A DNA stretch of 64,000 nucleotides from Podarcis bocagei (lineage: Eukaryota), in NCBI GenBank assembly GCA_964188305.1, contig OZ076895.1; one strand, 5' to 3'. The stretch's first letter is position 1. Every line of letters begins with the position of its first letter. The translations under genes and the position numbers were made by a program. Of this stretch, positions 10,406-23,019 are shown one piece after another. The notes beneath the pieces were generated by a model. It saw nothing but the letters and a program-made list of their open reading frames with translations. It did no database searches and was not told the origin of the DNA.

Positions 10406-11310
10406 TTATTATTTGTACCCTGCCCATCTGGCTGGGTTTCCCCAGCCACTCTAGGCGGCTTCCATAGAAACCAAAAATACATTAAAATATCACAGATTAA
10501 AAACTTCCCTGAACAGGGCTGCCTTAAGATGTCTTCTGAATGTCAGGTAGTTATTTATCGCTTTGACATCTGATGGGAGGGCATTCCACAGGGCGGGCGC
10601 CACTACCGAGAAGGCCCTCTGCCTGGTTCCCTTCTTGCAATGAGGGAACCACTAGAAGGCCCTCGGCGCTGGACCTCAGCGTCCGGGCAGAACGATGGGG
10701 GTGGAGACGCTCCTTCAGGTATACAGGACCGAGGCTGTTTAGGGCTTTAAAGGTCAACACCAGCACTTTGAATTGTGCTCAGAAACGTACTGGGAGCCAA
10801 TGTAGGTCTTTCAAGACCGGTGTTATGTGGTCTCAGCGGCCGCCAACAGTCACCAGTCTAGCTGCCGCATTCTGGATTAGTTGTAGTTTCCGAGTCACCT
10901 TCAATGGTAGCCCCACGTAGAGCGCATTGCAGTAGTCCAAGCGGGAGATAACTAGAGCATGCACCACTCTGGCGAGACAGTCCGCGGGCAGGTAGGGTCT
11001 CAGCCTGCGTACCAGGTGGAGTTGGTAGACAGCTGCCCTGGATACAGAATTGACCTGCGCCTCCATGGACAGCTGTGAGTCCAAAATGACTCCCAGGCTG
11101 CGCACCTGGTCCTTCAGGGGCACAGTTACCCTATTCAGGACCAGGGAGTCCTCCACACCAGGCCGCCCCCTGTCCCCCCAAAACAGTACTTCTGTCTTGT
11201 CAGGATTCAACTTCAATCCATTAGCCTCCATCCATCCTCCAACTGCCTCCAGGCACTCACACAGGACCTTCACCGCCTTCACTGGTTCTGATTTGAAAGA
11301 GAGGTAGAGC
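10346..11310 (-). mobile_element. L2-clade LINE, 5'-truncated, young, with (ATT)n tail
   Basis: ORF 10833-11531 contains KLNPDKTE, RSLGVILDSQLSM, VHALVISRLDYCNALYVGLP and KLQLIQNAAARLV; (AAT)n at about 10346-10404 is the tail. Confidence 0.93.
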
Positions 11311-12005
11311 TTTGTACTTTCAGTATTCTTTATAAAGGCACCTGTCCAGACTCGTACAATGAGATACATTTTAGTCAGCTGCAAATATTGTACATACACC
11401 CCAGAAAGATTAGTGAATGAAATTCGTGTTGGTGCAAAAATGATCCATGTGGTACATTTTACCCTATCAATATATTTGCCACATTCCTCCACAGGAAAAG
11501 TTTGTGCTTTTAAAAGAAACCAGCGATGCAATGAATCAAGGCGTGGCAGATGAAACTGCTTTGTAATAGTGAGTCTTCTAATAAGAATGTATTTTATTTT
11601 GAAGCGATAACAAATGACAAACCAATTACAGCTAGCCTCAGCTATTGTTCGTAAATTATACGCAGCTGATTTTATTAGTTCTAATCTTATGGCTGTTCTC
11701 GTCCTGCCCTTTTATTACCTAATGTCTGCTGACCCAGCATTATTCAGCTGATTAACAACTTCCAACATTCGGACAGCTATAATAGGAATTTTAGCAGTCA
11801 TAGGATCAACTCTATTGCAACCTCAAATCTCATGCTCAAATATCCATTATTCCTCACATTTTTTCAGGAAAGATAAGAGGCATTCATGACCAAAGTCCAG
11901 AAAGTGGATTGAATGGCGCCATGCAAACCCTGTAGAAACACCAAGCTGCTTAAAGCAGTATCCTGAGACAGAAAAGTGTCCATCTCAGGCCTTATTGATA
12001 TCATA

Positions 12006-12236
12006 CAGTGGTACCTCGGGTTAAAGACGCTTCAGGTTACAGATGCTTCAGGTTACAGACTCCGCTAACCCAGAAATAGAACCTCAGGTTAAGAACTTTA
12101 CTCCAGGATGAGAACAGAAATCGCATGGCGGCAGGAGGAGGCCCGATTAGCTAAAGTGGTACCTCAGGATAAGAACAGTTTCAGGTTAAGAACGGATCTC
12201 CAGAATAAATTAAGTTCTTAATCCGAGGTACCACTG
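12006..12236. mobile_element. Tc1/mariner (Tigger-like) MITE
   Basis: TIRs CAGTGGTACCTCGG / CCGAGGTACCACTG, TA target duplication. Confidence 0.92.
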
Positions 12237-12277
12237 TAAAGTTAAAGTACTTTGATACCACTTTAAATAGTCATGGT

Positions 12278-12278
<1 letters not shown>

Positions 12279-12328
<50 letters not shown>

Positions 12329-12380
12329 TACTTGTACACAACCCATCTGACTTGGTTGCCCCAGCCACTCTGGGGAGCTC
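12279..12380 (-). mobile_element. Short L2 tail with (AAT)n microsatellite
   Basis: (AAT)n followed by cccatctgacttggttgccccagccactctgg. Confidence 0.75.
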
Positions 12381-12529
12381 TATTTTGTTGATTCTGGGAG
12401 TTGTAGTTTGTCAAGGGTGTTGAGAGATGTTCGGAAACTTGTGTTCCCCTTACAGAACTACGTTTCCCAGGGTTCACTGTGAGGAAGGATTTCTTGTAAA
12501 ACCATACTGGGAACTGTAGCTCTGGGAGG

Positions 12530-12692
12530 CAGAGGTGCCAACAAATAAAATATTGGGGGGGGGCAGGTGAGCCCCGCCCCGCATAACCAATCACATGACA
12601 TGGTGCACCCACATCATTTGAATGGCAATGCTCATCAACTTTGGGGCCCAAATTTTAGGGGGGGCTGAAGCCCCTAGGAGTTGGCTCCTATG
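12530..12692. mobile_element. hAT-type MITE nested in an older palindromic MITE (~12250-12790)
   Basis: TIRs CAGAGGTGCCAAC / GTTGGCTCCTATG; 8-bp TSD CTGGGAGG / CTGGGAGA. Confidence 0.8.
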
Positions 12693-13258
12693 CTGGGAGA
12701 GGAATAGGGGTGTCCTATCAACTCTCACCACTCTTAACTATAGCTCCCAGAATTCTTTGGAGGAGAGCCATGACTGTTAAATTGCTTTAAGTGTAGGATG
12801 TAAATGTGCAACACACAAGGAGTAAACACATTGAATCCAGTGGGACTTCCTTCTGAGTACATATGTATATGTTTGCACTATTCATAAGGTGAATGCCAAT
12901 TGTGATCCAAGTTACAGTCTTGGAATCTTTCATGGACAGTTGAGAATCTTTTATTTCCATTCGGTTTCAATGTCCCTTGAGACATCTATGTCTCCTGCAA
13001 GGCAGGAGCTGACCTAATTGTTGAGCATTAAGTTGCCTGTTCATCAGTGTACTTGGACTGACCTGAAAAAGGGTGACGAAACAAAAGTTTTACCTGGCTG
13101 TCTCATTGTCAGAGTCCTTCCCATACACAGTTTCTCAGCTACAAGATTTAACACAGAGAATCTGCACTCTTGAACTCGGGGACATTGAATAGTAATGCGT
13201 AAGATTGTATATATCTCTTCAAGACTGATCTGAGACTGTATATTCATATTCTTTAAGA

Positions 13259-13756
13259 CAGTGTTTCCCAACCGGTGTTCCGCGGCACACTACTGTGCCG
13301 TGGGAGGGAGGCGGGCGAGTCGGGCGGCGAGAGGCGGCGGCGGCGAGGATCCGCGTCGAGCCGGGGGCGGCTCCGCGGTGGTGGTGCCGAGCGGCGGGGT
13401 AGCGCACGCAAAAGGGAGGAGCGCGAGAGAGCGGAGGAGGAGGAGGCCGGCATGTCCGGGCAGCAGCAGCAACAGCACCAGCAGCAACTCCCGCCGCCGC
13501 CCCCTCCTCCGCCCGCTATCGCCGCCACCACCACAACAGCCGCCGCCGCCTCAGCTGCCGCCGTCCCTCAGTCCCTCGCTCTGCTGCCTCCTCCCACCCC
13601 GGCAAGGGGGAGGGAAAAAACTTTCACTTTTGTGCGTCCCTCCCGGCGTGACGCTGCGCGCTGACGTCACGGGGCGGGGCTTTAATGGTGGTGTGCCGCG
13701 AGATTTTTTTCCGGTAAACAGGTGTGCCGTTGCCCAAAAACGTTTGGGAAACACTG
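13259..13756. mobile_element. Non-autonomous hAT (Charlie-like) element with very GC/CpG-rich interior
   Basis: TIRs CAGTGTTTCCCAA / TTGGGAAACACTG; perfect 8-bp TSD CTTTAAGA (13251-13258, 13757-13764). Confidence 0.93.
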
Positions 13757-15774
13757 CTTTAAGATCACATTATTCTGAGTTATAGTATGTGTTGCATTGA
13801 GATATTTAGTGTACAGTATACTCTTATTCTGTATACCAGAGTTGTACTTGATGAACTTGATGACCAAGCATTCATTTTTACAAGAGCATTTTGTGCATAT
13901 GTCCAAAACGAAGAGGGAGCTTGCTTTCCATGGATCCTGACATAGTGGATGCCAAAATAAAAATGAACTGAAGCACAAAACTGGTTGAATGCTTTTGGTG
14001 CTAAATCTGCTAAATTACAACATAAAAAGATATCACGCTTGCTTTCAGTGGTAAAAAGGTTTAATGTAATTCTGTTAACCTACTGTAGTTCAGGATAACA
14101 AAATTAGAAGTTCATTTGCATGTCTAATATATATGTTTGGATGCTGCTTTTGTCAGATTGAAAATTAATATGATGAATTAAGCTGAAAAAGAGCCTACAA
14201 ACCTTGCTTATTGTGTATTTGTCTTTCATACACTTCATTAACACTGTGTTGCTTATGCTTATTGGACCAAAGGAAGTTTGTTAGCTAACATTATGCCATG
14301 TGAGTTTCAACGACTGTGAGTGATGTTGTTGTTGTGCTGTGTTTTTCCATTACAATGCACTGAGAAATATCCAAATTAGCTGGAGCAAAAGAGGCACAAA
14401 AAGTCTATGGCTGCAACACATTGCTGGGGGTTTTTGTATGAGCTTGGTGATCCTTGCTTGAGTATTTAACATGGTAATTTTCAGACCACATTCTGAAGCA
14501 TAATGTTGCGCAGTTCAGGGGGCGAAAATCACTTCTAAGCATATGAAAGAATAGGTGGTCTAATACAAATGAGAAGATTATTTTTATTAGACCAACTATT
14601 TTATATGTTTAGAATTCTTTTCTTTTTATGGCACATTATTATGCTTCAGGATTTCATTTTTTTTTTTGTGGGATCGGCTCCTCTAGTAATGCTTATATGT
14701 GAAGGGTAACAAATATCATCCTCCAAAAAGAGAATGCAATAGGAAGAAGATGCTCAGATGAGAATCTAATTGAGAGAAGACTGAGTAGGCAGGGCAGGGC
14801 ATCAAAACAAAACACTTCAAAGAAGACACAGTGAAGTGCTGCTGCTGTGACTCAGGCCACAGAAGGAGGTTTGTGTTGAAAGGCTAAATCTTGCAGCCTT
14901 TTTTTTTTTTAAGGCATCAATTCCATAGGACTCTAACTGTGGAGTTGAGGAGAGACCCTTTCACAACCCAAGGGCAACATTACATTCTGAACAACCCTCA
15001 AAGAACTTCAGTTCGACAGTGGAATTGATGTTTCTCATCCATGCAAGGTTTTTTCAACACATGTCATTCTCATCAAAATGCCAGCCTGTGTTTTCAACAA
15101 CAGAGCATGTGCTTCTCCAGTACCTATATTATAGAGACATTTGTATTAGCCTTATCTCCCCACTACTCGATAAGTACCCAAGGCACACAGGACACCTCTA
15201 TACCTCCCTGCTGCTTTCAGATACCAACCCTGCTACAACATACGTTGACAGGTTCTGCAAAGCAGTGTTCAAAATTCGTCAGATGATGACCTGTGCCACA
15301 AACTAGATTTAACGAACACTCATATCAGAGTTCTCTGTAAACTGATATCCATAGCCTTTTATATACAGTAGTTCCACTTTCTCATTAGACAGCAAAGAGA
15401 AAAGGGGGTGAAGGGGAGAGGCACACTGTGGGCACAGACCCTGATTGGGAGAGAGCAGAGGCTACATCTTCCGTGTTGCAGGGCAGTCCTCTTCTGGCCC
15501 CTTCTACCCCACCCCGCTTTCTCAGAGTGAGAAAGGAGAGCTGAAAAACGGAAAGAGAAGGTAAGAAAGGCTGAATCATGCCGGAAGAATGCGCAGAGAG
15601 AAATGCTTAAATAAGGGAAGGAGGGGAGGGCTTTCCAGCTTCTGCAACTTTCATAACCTGAGAACGTCGGTGTTGGGTTGCCCTGGTTGTGAAGCAATAA
15701 AGTTATTTGCCTTCAAATCGCGTTCCGGTTCCTGATTTACACCCCAGTTGGCAAGGCTATTCTGGCAGCCCGAC

Positions 15775-16331
15775 ACATAGTTGCTAATGTGTTTGACATC
15801 TGCTGGGAGGATGTTCCACACAGCAGGCACGACTACCAAAAAGGCCCTCTGTCTGATTCCCTGTAACCTCACCTCTCACAATGAGGGAACCACCAGAAGG
15901 CCCCTAGAGTTGGATCTCTGTGTCCAGGCTGGACGATGGGTGTAGACAGTGGTGGAGGAACCCTCTCCATCACCTGGGGCGGTACGCCGAGGGACAGGGC
16001 AAACTGCCTGGCAGCCCAATCAGACTGTGCACGTGCGACAGCCTGTACGGACGTCTGTATGGATGCCATGCGAGTGGCAGCCCGTATGGATGCCATGAGT
16101 GGCGCCCATACTGACTGCATGTGCGTCCTTCACCGCTCCACAGCTGGGGGGAGGCCGCGGCCCATCTTGTCACCCCCCCCCAAGGTGGCACCCGGGGCGG
16201 ACCGCCCCCTCTGTCCCTGCTTCATACGCCACTGGGAGTGGAGATGCTCCTTCAGGTATACAGAGCCGAAGCCGTTTAGGGCTTTAAAGGTCAGCACCAA
16301 CACTCTGAAGTGTGCTCGGAAACGTACTGGA
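15775..16331 (-). mobile_element. L2 fragment interrupted by a hAT MITE
   Basis: L2 sequence homologous to 10550-10795 on both sides of 15947-16234. Confidence 0.85.
15947..16234. mobile_element. hAT-type MITE with internal short tandem repeats
   Basis: Ends CAGTGG / CCACTG; degenerate 8-bp TSD GGTGTAGA / GGAGTGGA; internal repeats of gtatggatgccatg. Confidence 0.78.
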
Positions 16332-17332
16332 AAACATACATTTAGAGATACATGACTGAACTATACAAATCCTATGTACCATCCATGTGCAAGAGGGAGG
16401 AAATGCCACGTTTTGGGGCAGAGCCCTAAGGCGCACACATAGGATAATGAGGATAGGACATGCTAAGTGGTCCTGGAATGCTGACTGACTGTGGAGTGGG
16501 GGAACAGTCTGTACTGCAACACTGTGTGGTGACCTTTGTTGTTTTTGCGTCTGGCAATAAGATATCAGGGAAGAGGAAGCCTCGCCTGCTCCATGTTTAT
16601 GAATTTAGACAAGTTTACACAGTGACAAGCATTGGAATAAATTAGTCAGAGCCCTTACTAAGTCTCCAACAAAGAAGTGAAATAAACAAGACAGGCTATA
16701 ATCAAGCTAGTGAATTACGAAGACACCCCCCCCCCCCCGCTGTGCACAAGGTTTGTGTGACTAAGAATTCTTAATCTTACTAATCTGTTACTGTTTCCCT
16801 GATAAACCTGAAGTTGCACTGACAGTTTCAAGATCCTTGTCTTATTTATAAGCATAAAAAGAGCAGAAGCAAAAAACATTGGGCTGGATGGGCTATTGTG
16901 CTATTGTTTCTGAGGTTAAATTATCACAGTCAGGTCTAGTCTCTAAATTAAATGCCCTAATATGTTTGCTGTGGTGTAACCCGATCCATAGTTCTACTGA
17001 CTTCTCACTAAATTTATAGGAATCACATGAACAGAAATTCACCAGTTATCAAATGGAATATTGTCACAGAATATCGTACAATATTTTAATGGATCAGGTA
17101 CACAACTGATTCTATGCACAGGTGTTGATTATTTTAAAAAAATCAGTATTTAAAATGTATTTCATGACATATCATCAGACAAAGATCTCGTCACATAAAC
17201 ATGTGCTCCCAGAACATACTCCTTTGTCAGGTAACAAGATGGTAATAATTTTCTAAATGCAAGATTAAAACAAAAGTTGTGATCACTAAATGCAATAAAA
17301 AATGGCATCAACTACAAATTATTGTACTTGGA

Positions 17333-17470
17333 ATCCTAGAATTGTAGAGTTGGAAGGGACCACAAGGATCATCTGGTCCAATGCCCTGCAATGCAGGAAT
17401 CTTTTGCCCAAGGTGGGGCTTGAACTCACAGCCATGAGATTAGGAGTCTCATGCTCTACTGACTGAGCTA
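17333..17470 (-). mobile_element. tRNA(Lys-like)-head SINE with CR1-type tail (Squam2-like)
   Basis: Minus strand: tagctcagtcagtagagcatgagactcctaatctca...gagttcaagcccc, then ...ccttccaactctacaattcta. Confidence 0.8.
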
Positions 17471-17494
17471 TTCTAAATCAATGAGGGGAGGAGC

Positions 17495-17645
17495 TTATGC
17501 AACCTAAGAAGAGCACTGCTGGATCAATCAAGGACCCATCTAGTCCAGCATTCTGTTCTCACAGTGGCCAGCCAGATGCCCAGGAGAAGCCTGCAAAGGG
17601 AACTCTCTCTACTTGTGATTTCCAGCAACTGGTATTCAGAGACAT
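17495..17645 (-). mobile_element. CR1-type 3' UTR repeat fragment
   Basis: aagaagagc...ctggatca...cccatctagtccagcattctgttctcacagtggcc; homologous to 22470-22730 and 34730-35432. Confidence 0.65.
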
Positions 17646-17924
17646 TGGCAAACAAGACTTGGGACCTCATTAAACTCCACTCCTACATATTAAACTTCTA
17701 GAATCATTATGGATGCCGCAGGTACCTAAACTGTCTACTGAGAGATAGACGATAATAACAGTGGCAACAGGTTGTTTTTATTTCGGGCTGGCTTTTTTTA
17801 GCATTTAAATAATTAGTAGGAGAGAAGAACATGGGAAGCTGCCTTGCATTTGGTTCATTTCACCCAGTGGCCTCTGCTTCAATGGGCAGTAGCCCTTCAA
17901 GTCTTAGGCAGAATGCCTTTTATG

Positions 17925-18085
17925 GCTCCGATACCCAGAATGCTCCTGCATTGGCTCTGATACCCAGAATGCTCCTGCATCAGAAGCCGTGCCTTGGTTT
18001 CCAAACGTTTTGGAAGTTGAACGGACTTCCGGAATGGAACGGACTTCCGGAATGGATTCCGTTCGACTTCTGAGGTACCACTGTA
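17925..18085. mobile_element. Partial Tc1/mariner MITE with internal tandem duplications
   Basis: Ends GAGGTACCACTG-TA; tandem copies of gatacccagaatgctcctgcat and gaacggacttccggaatg. Confidence 0.7.
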
Positions 18086-20444
18086 TCTCCTACCAGTTCC
18101 TGAAACAGGTTGTCAAGAGGCAGTGTGGAAGTATAAGCCAGGAGTGTTAACCTTGGCTTGGGTGGTAACTGTAGCTCTCCAGGCCCTCAGCACTCTTCTT
18201 CATCCACACTCACCTCAGGCCACATTCCTCACTTTAGTGCTTTTGCTAGTCTGGAATGTATCCTTGAACTCCCTACTTGAGTAGATGGAGGATAGAGAAG
18301 GGTGTATGAATGTGTGTAAGACTAGCCAGTTTCATGCACTCCAACATACCTCAGATAAAAATCATATCATTGTCCCTGCCCCCTCACCCCCTCAACCTCT
18401 GAGGCTGGGATGCAGTGGCTGAGTGAAGCAAGCCAGAGCCAAAACTTTCTTAGGGGTATTCATGTGACTTGGATCTTGTTTTCATAAAAAACGATAGGAA
18501 GTGACATTTATTGAGTGGGGGTACTGGAAGGGAGTGGGAGGCACAGCTCTAAGAAAATTGTTGGAGGGATGCACAGGTGGGAACTCTCAGTAACACACTG
18601 AAATGCTGTGCTGAAGGGAAGCTGCTTCAAAATCAAGACTCTCCGTGGCACTGTGAAAAGTTGTGATGGCTTGAGGGTTTAGGGGACATTCCTGGGATTT
18701 TTGGGGCAATTGCACAGTATGCAGTGTACAAAGGTATAATTTGTATTTGCATTTGTTCCTTTGCCCATGGTAGTGACTTTACCGTGTCGACAAGGATAAA
18801 GAGAATTGGGCAAGAGTTGCATTGTCAACATAAGCAAAAACCCATAGAAGTGAAGCTGAAAAAGTTGTCCACAAAATAAATAGGTGTCAAATTAGTATTT
18901 ATATTTTTAACGTAACATGGGTTAAAAACAAAACAAAATGGGAACTAGCTTCCTTATTAAGGATAACTGTTATTCCGTTTCAACTATCCATTATTTCGTG
19001 CACCGCGAGAGCAGCACTTCCTGAAACATAGCGAGCTGAATTCAAGAGCTTGTGAATGTCACCACGTAAGGGCACTGTACAAGTTAAAGATGGATATATG
19101 ATAGATGAGCTAATGGAAATGTGTTTTATTGCCTGTCAAATAGGTCAGAAAAGATCTTAAAATGTCTTCCATGCCCATTTTCAGGCATCTGCTGTTAACT
19201 TGGATTTTGCAAGGCGTTAGATCCCTTTTAAATGCACGATTGCTCCCATAACCTCTTTTTCCTACTACTATTTTATTCAGTTCGCTCTACGGACCACAAT
19301 GCCATATTCACTTTTGTTCATAAAGGCAAAGGATGGTTTTTTGGGTGGTGGGGTGCCCTCTACCAAGTGGTCCAAGTGGCGGAGGCAAGCTTTAAATATC
19401 TTGCAACTGAATTAATACTGGGCAAGTAAGGAGAAGAATTTTTATGAGCTTGGTTTAAGAGCTTCATTTTTTTCTTTTATAAATCTCTCTCTGTGTGTCC
19501 TGATTCTTAGATAAGAGAAACACTTATCTGAAGAAGGCAGCTGGACTGAGAAAGTAATACATTTTAGTAAAATGAAGTCTACGAGTTCAAAGTACAAGAA
19601 TGTAAATCATGCAATGCTCAGACACGGCTTATTCTGAAGTAGCATCCTAGCCATGCAACTGATCCAGTGTTGTTGGGCAAGTCTCACTGTCTTAGATCGA
19701 CATATGTCACAAGGTTGTTGTGAGGATAAAGTGGAAGTCTGGAAGTTACGCAATGCCCTGAATTCCTTGAAAGAATGGCAAAAAAGAAACATATTTTTTT
19801 AAAGAAAACAAAACTTCTGCAATGACACTGGACTTGCGTAGTTGTATCTGGGTGGAAACAGGTGTTTTCTGATCCTGTTCTATTCTTGATCGAGAGAGAC
19901 AATAAAGTTATTGCCTAGTTCTCAACTGGCGTGTTCTCTTAAGTCTTCCATAACATTAGTGCACAAATATTTCATGTGATTTTGGGAAGTCGTTTGTTGA
20001 AGAGGTCAAATTTCATAGCAACGGAACAAATCTTCTCAATGTTATAAGGAACATTCTTGCGTGTGTGATTTGAGCAGACCATTAGCACACCTTGAACACA
20101 GAGCTGCTCTCACAACTCTATAATTAGAAAGAAACTCATTTATATAATTTAATGTTGGCATTAAGTGGTGCTTCATTACTCTCCACAACTTTTTTGTGTC
20201 ACACTTGAATAGAGACTTCACACATTGCCATAATTCTTTCCTCCTGCCTGTCTGGAGTTCCTCTAAACTGGAGGATAAAAGGAGGGAAATGGAGATTTTC
20301 TCACTGGATGGAAAGTTTAACAGTGGGTTTCTTCACTATCCCAAATCAGATTGAGAAGAAGGCCTGCCCATGGTTCAGTTGTAAAGCACATGCTTTCCAT
20401 ACAAAAGATATCTCTGATTAAAAGCATTCTGGGTAACTCCTGCA

Positions 20445-20596
20445 ATAGAACCCTCCAAACTCCTGCAGCCAATCGGAAGCCACAGGAGTCGCATCGGATG
20501 TTCGGGTTCCAAAGAGCGTTCACAAACCGAAACACTTGGCATTCAGGAGCCAAAATGTTCAACTCACAAGGTGTTTGGGATCCAAGGTACAACTGT
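20445..20596. mobile_element. Partial Tc1/mariner MITE
   Basis: ctcctgcagccaatcggaagcc...gggatccaaggtacaactg-TA; related to 58065-58301. Confidence 0.6.
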
Positions 20597-20641
20597 ACAC
20601 TTTAGCTGCTCCATTTCCCCATAGTCACAGCTGCTACTGAT

Positions 20642-21410
20642 TGTGTGGCAAGACCCTCAAGCCAACCCCCCATTAGCATAAAGAAATTCACACAGACACA
20701 TAATTTTTGTTTGAGGTTATTGGGCAAATTTTTGGGCCACAACTTTATTGATTACAGGAAATGAGAGCGGTATTGGCTTAGGCATCCTGTCCCCTTTGCA
20801 GGAAGTCTGTAAGGGTAAACCACCCAAAGGGAAACTGCTTTGGGGGAACACGCCTGCATGTCCCCCGGTGTTCCCAGAGGCCTGGCATGGCCCTAGCCCC
20901 TCAAGCGGACTTTGGACAAGATCCAGGCCCCGGATTCCTTTAACGGAATACCGTTGAACAATGGAGGGGCAGGCGATGGCCGACCTCTCCTCCCCCACTC
21001 AACAATAAGCCAATGTCTAACCGCCAAACCTTACAAAGTTGTGACGATTGCTAAGAGGTAGGCAAAAACCAAGCGGCCCGTGCCAATTTGCCAAATGGAA
21101 AAATTCATACCCAGTCCCCGACCCAAGACGGGCAACCAACCAAAGTCCAAAGCAAGGCCAAAGGACACTTAAATTAAAGGGAGGGTGGGTGGGTGTTCGG
21201 CAGTGTGAAGCAGGTGCTTGGCACACGTCGCGCTGCCGCTTTTATACATTCCCCCACGATCACCCATTCAAACTGATTGGGCAATAGCCCTGGGTAATCA
21301 TGGTGCCACCCTGGCATGAGGGTGATGGCTCCACCCACACCAGGGTGGGGTGGGGACCGGGTTGAGGGCCTGCCCACGACCAGGACCATCTATTAAGATG
21401 ATCCCACTTA
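20642..21410 (-). mobile_element. Solo-LTR-like repeat
   Basis: Starts TGTGTGG; TTTATT (minus-strand polyA signal) near 20743; homologous to 4680-5238. Right boundary is approximate. Confidence 0.6.
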
Positions 21411-22469
21411 ACAGAGACACTGCTGCTTGAAATGTGATTGAATTATTTTTTTTTAAGAAACATTTGGAGGGCTCTATTGCCATTTAATTCTTGCTCAGCG
21501 CTCCCTGTTGGGCACTCTGGAATCTGAGCTCTTGGTCCCTTGGCACCCCACTGCATGAAAGATGCACACTAGATGAAAGGCCATTCAACGCAAGCCATTG
21601 TATTAATGAAATTAATGAACATGAGGGTTGCCAGGCACAGCAGCTCTTTTGAAGAGCAATGTAAAACACCGCCAAGTCTAGCTACGAAAGATTTTTTAAA
21701 AAGCACTTCTAAAGTAAGACTATGAATTTTGGATCCATTACAAGTTGAATAAATTTAAAGCATTTTTAAACACACGCACACCCTCGGCTAGCAACAATTC
21801 TTCCTTTTTAGTTATCTATAAAAACCAGTCTCTCTTAAGTAGGAAGCCTTACTGGGCATCTGCCTCAAATCTCAATAAAACAGATGCAACTTTTAAAATG
21901 CAGGTCATGTTGCTAGGTGCACTAACAAGGACCTGCCAAAGGAGGCCAAAGGAAAAGAAAAACATCTTGAAGTGTAGAATTGGCAGAACTCTGAGGGATG
22001 TCACAACTGGCCTGGAGAACGACGTTTATTGTTTAAACCAAACACCGTCACACACCCACACACCCTTGGAAAGGGCAATGCAAAAGATGTCACATAGTAT
22101 GAATGGATTTTCTCCTTTTGTATTAATTGTGAGAGCAGAGGAGAGCCTCTATCACGTTTCTATGCCCTCCAAAAGCCTAACTGGTTGAATAGCTGCCTTT
22201 TCCTGCAGCTCCTTTAAGACCTTTCAGGACTTATAGGCAAAGGAGTTCAGCTGAGGGATGGAGATGGTAAGAATAGGTGAGAGCTAGATATATTCATTCG
22301 GTTAGTCTTCTTTGCCATGAAGGCTAACCAAGCATCTTGCCCCTCTACCCTGATGGTGGATCAGCTTCAGATGACAAGACTGCCATGTGAGATTCATCCC
22401 AACATGCAATGCTCATTCTGTGGATTCTGTAGCCACTTAGTTAAACTGCAAGGGTCTCTTCAGTGATGG

Positions 22470-22730
22470 CCTCCAACTTGGATGGCTTTTGAAGAGGATT
22501 AGACAAATTCATGGAAGATGAGGCTATCAGTGGCTATCTATCCATGATGGCTATGTTCTGTCTCCGCAGTCTGAGGCCGTCTGCATCTGAATAACAGTTA
22601 CTAGAAATCGCAGGAGATGAGGATGCTCTCATGCTTGGGATACTGCTTTTGAGCTTCTCATGGGTTTCTTGTTGGCCACTATGAGAACAAGATGCTGGAC
22701 TTAGGTGGGTCACTGGCCTCATGCAGCAGG
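22470..22730 (+). mobile_element. CR1-type 3' end fragment
   Basis: gatggcttt..aagaggattagacaaattcatgga..gaggctatcagtggcta...gagaacaagatgctggact. Confidence 0.75.
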
Positions 22731-23019
22731 CACTTCAAATACATAAAGGGGAAAGAAAAGGACCATTTCCCTTGTGCTCATAGTGGTGGAAGCCAGGTGG
22801 GCTGGTGGGTACCAGTGGGAAGTAGAAGTTCTTTTCCTGAAAAAAAGTTTTCTTTCCTGGCTTGGATTAAAATCCAAACTAGGAAAGCACACAGAGGCTT
22901 TAAAGGGAAATAGTCAAATTGCAAAGATTCAGACTTAGCTCAGCCCCTGCTTCCATATGGCTCAGTTTCACACAGATGGCTACTATTTGCTAAACTTATG
23001 TATTTTATGCAAAATCTTT

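Noticed and set aside
10224-10482. Poly-Tyr / poly-Leu ORFs (also at 12271 and 35266)
   Set aside because: Translations of (AAT)n LINE tails.
13261-13785. Host gene first exon or promoter in situ (polyQ/polyP ORFs)
   Set aside because: The GC-rich stretch is bounded exactly by hAT TIRs and an 8-bp TSD, and no convincing downstream exons were found; treated as transposon cargo.
17400-17470. tRNA-Lys gene
   Set aside because: Degenerate and fused to a CR1-type tail; it is a SINE head. The same applies to 5563-5640.
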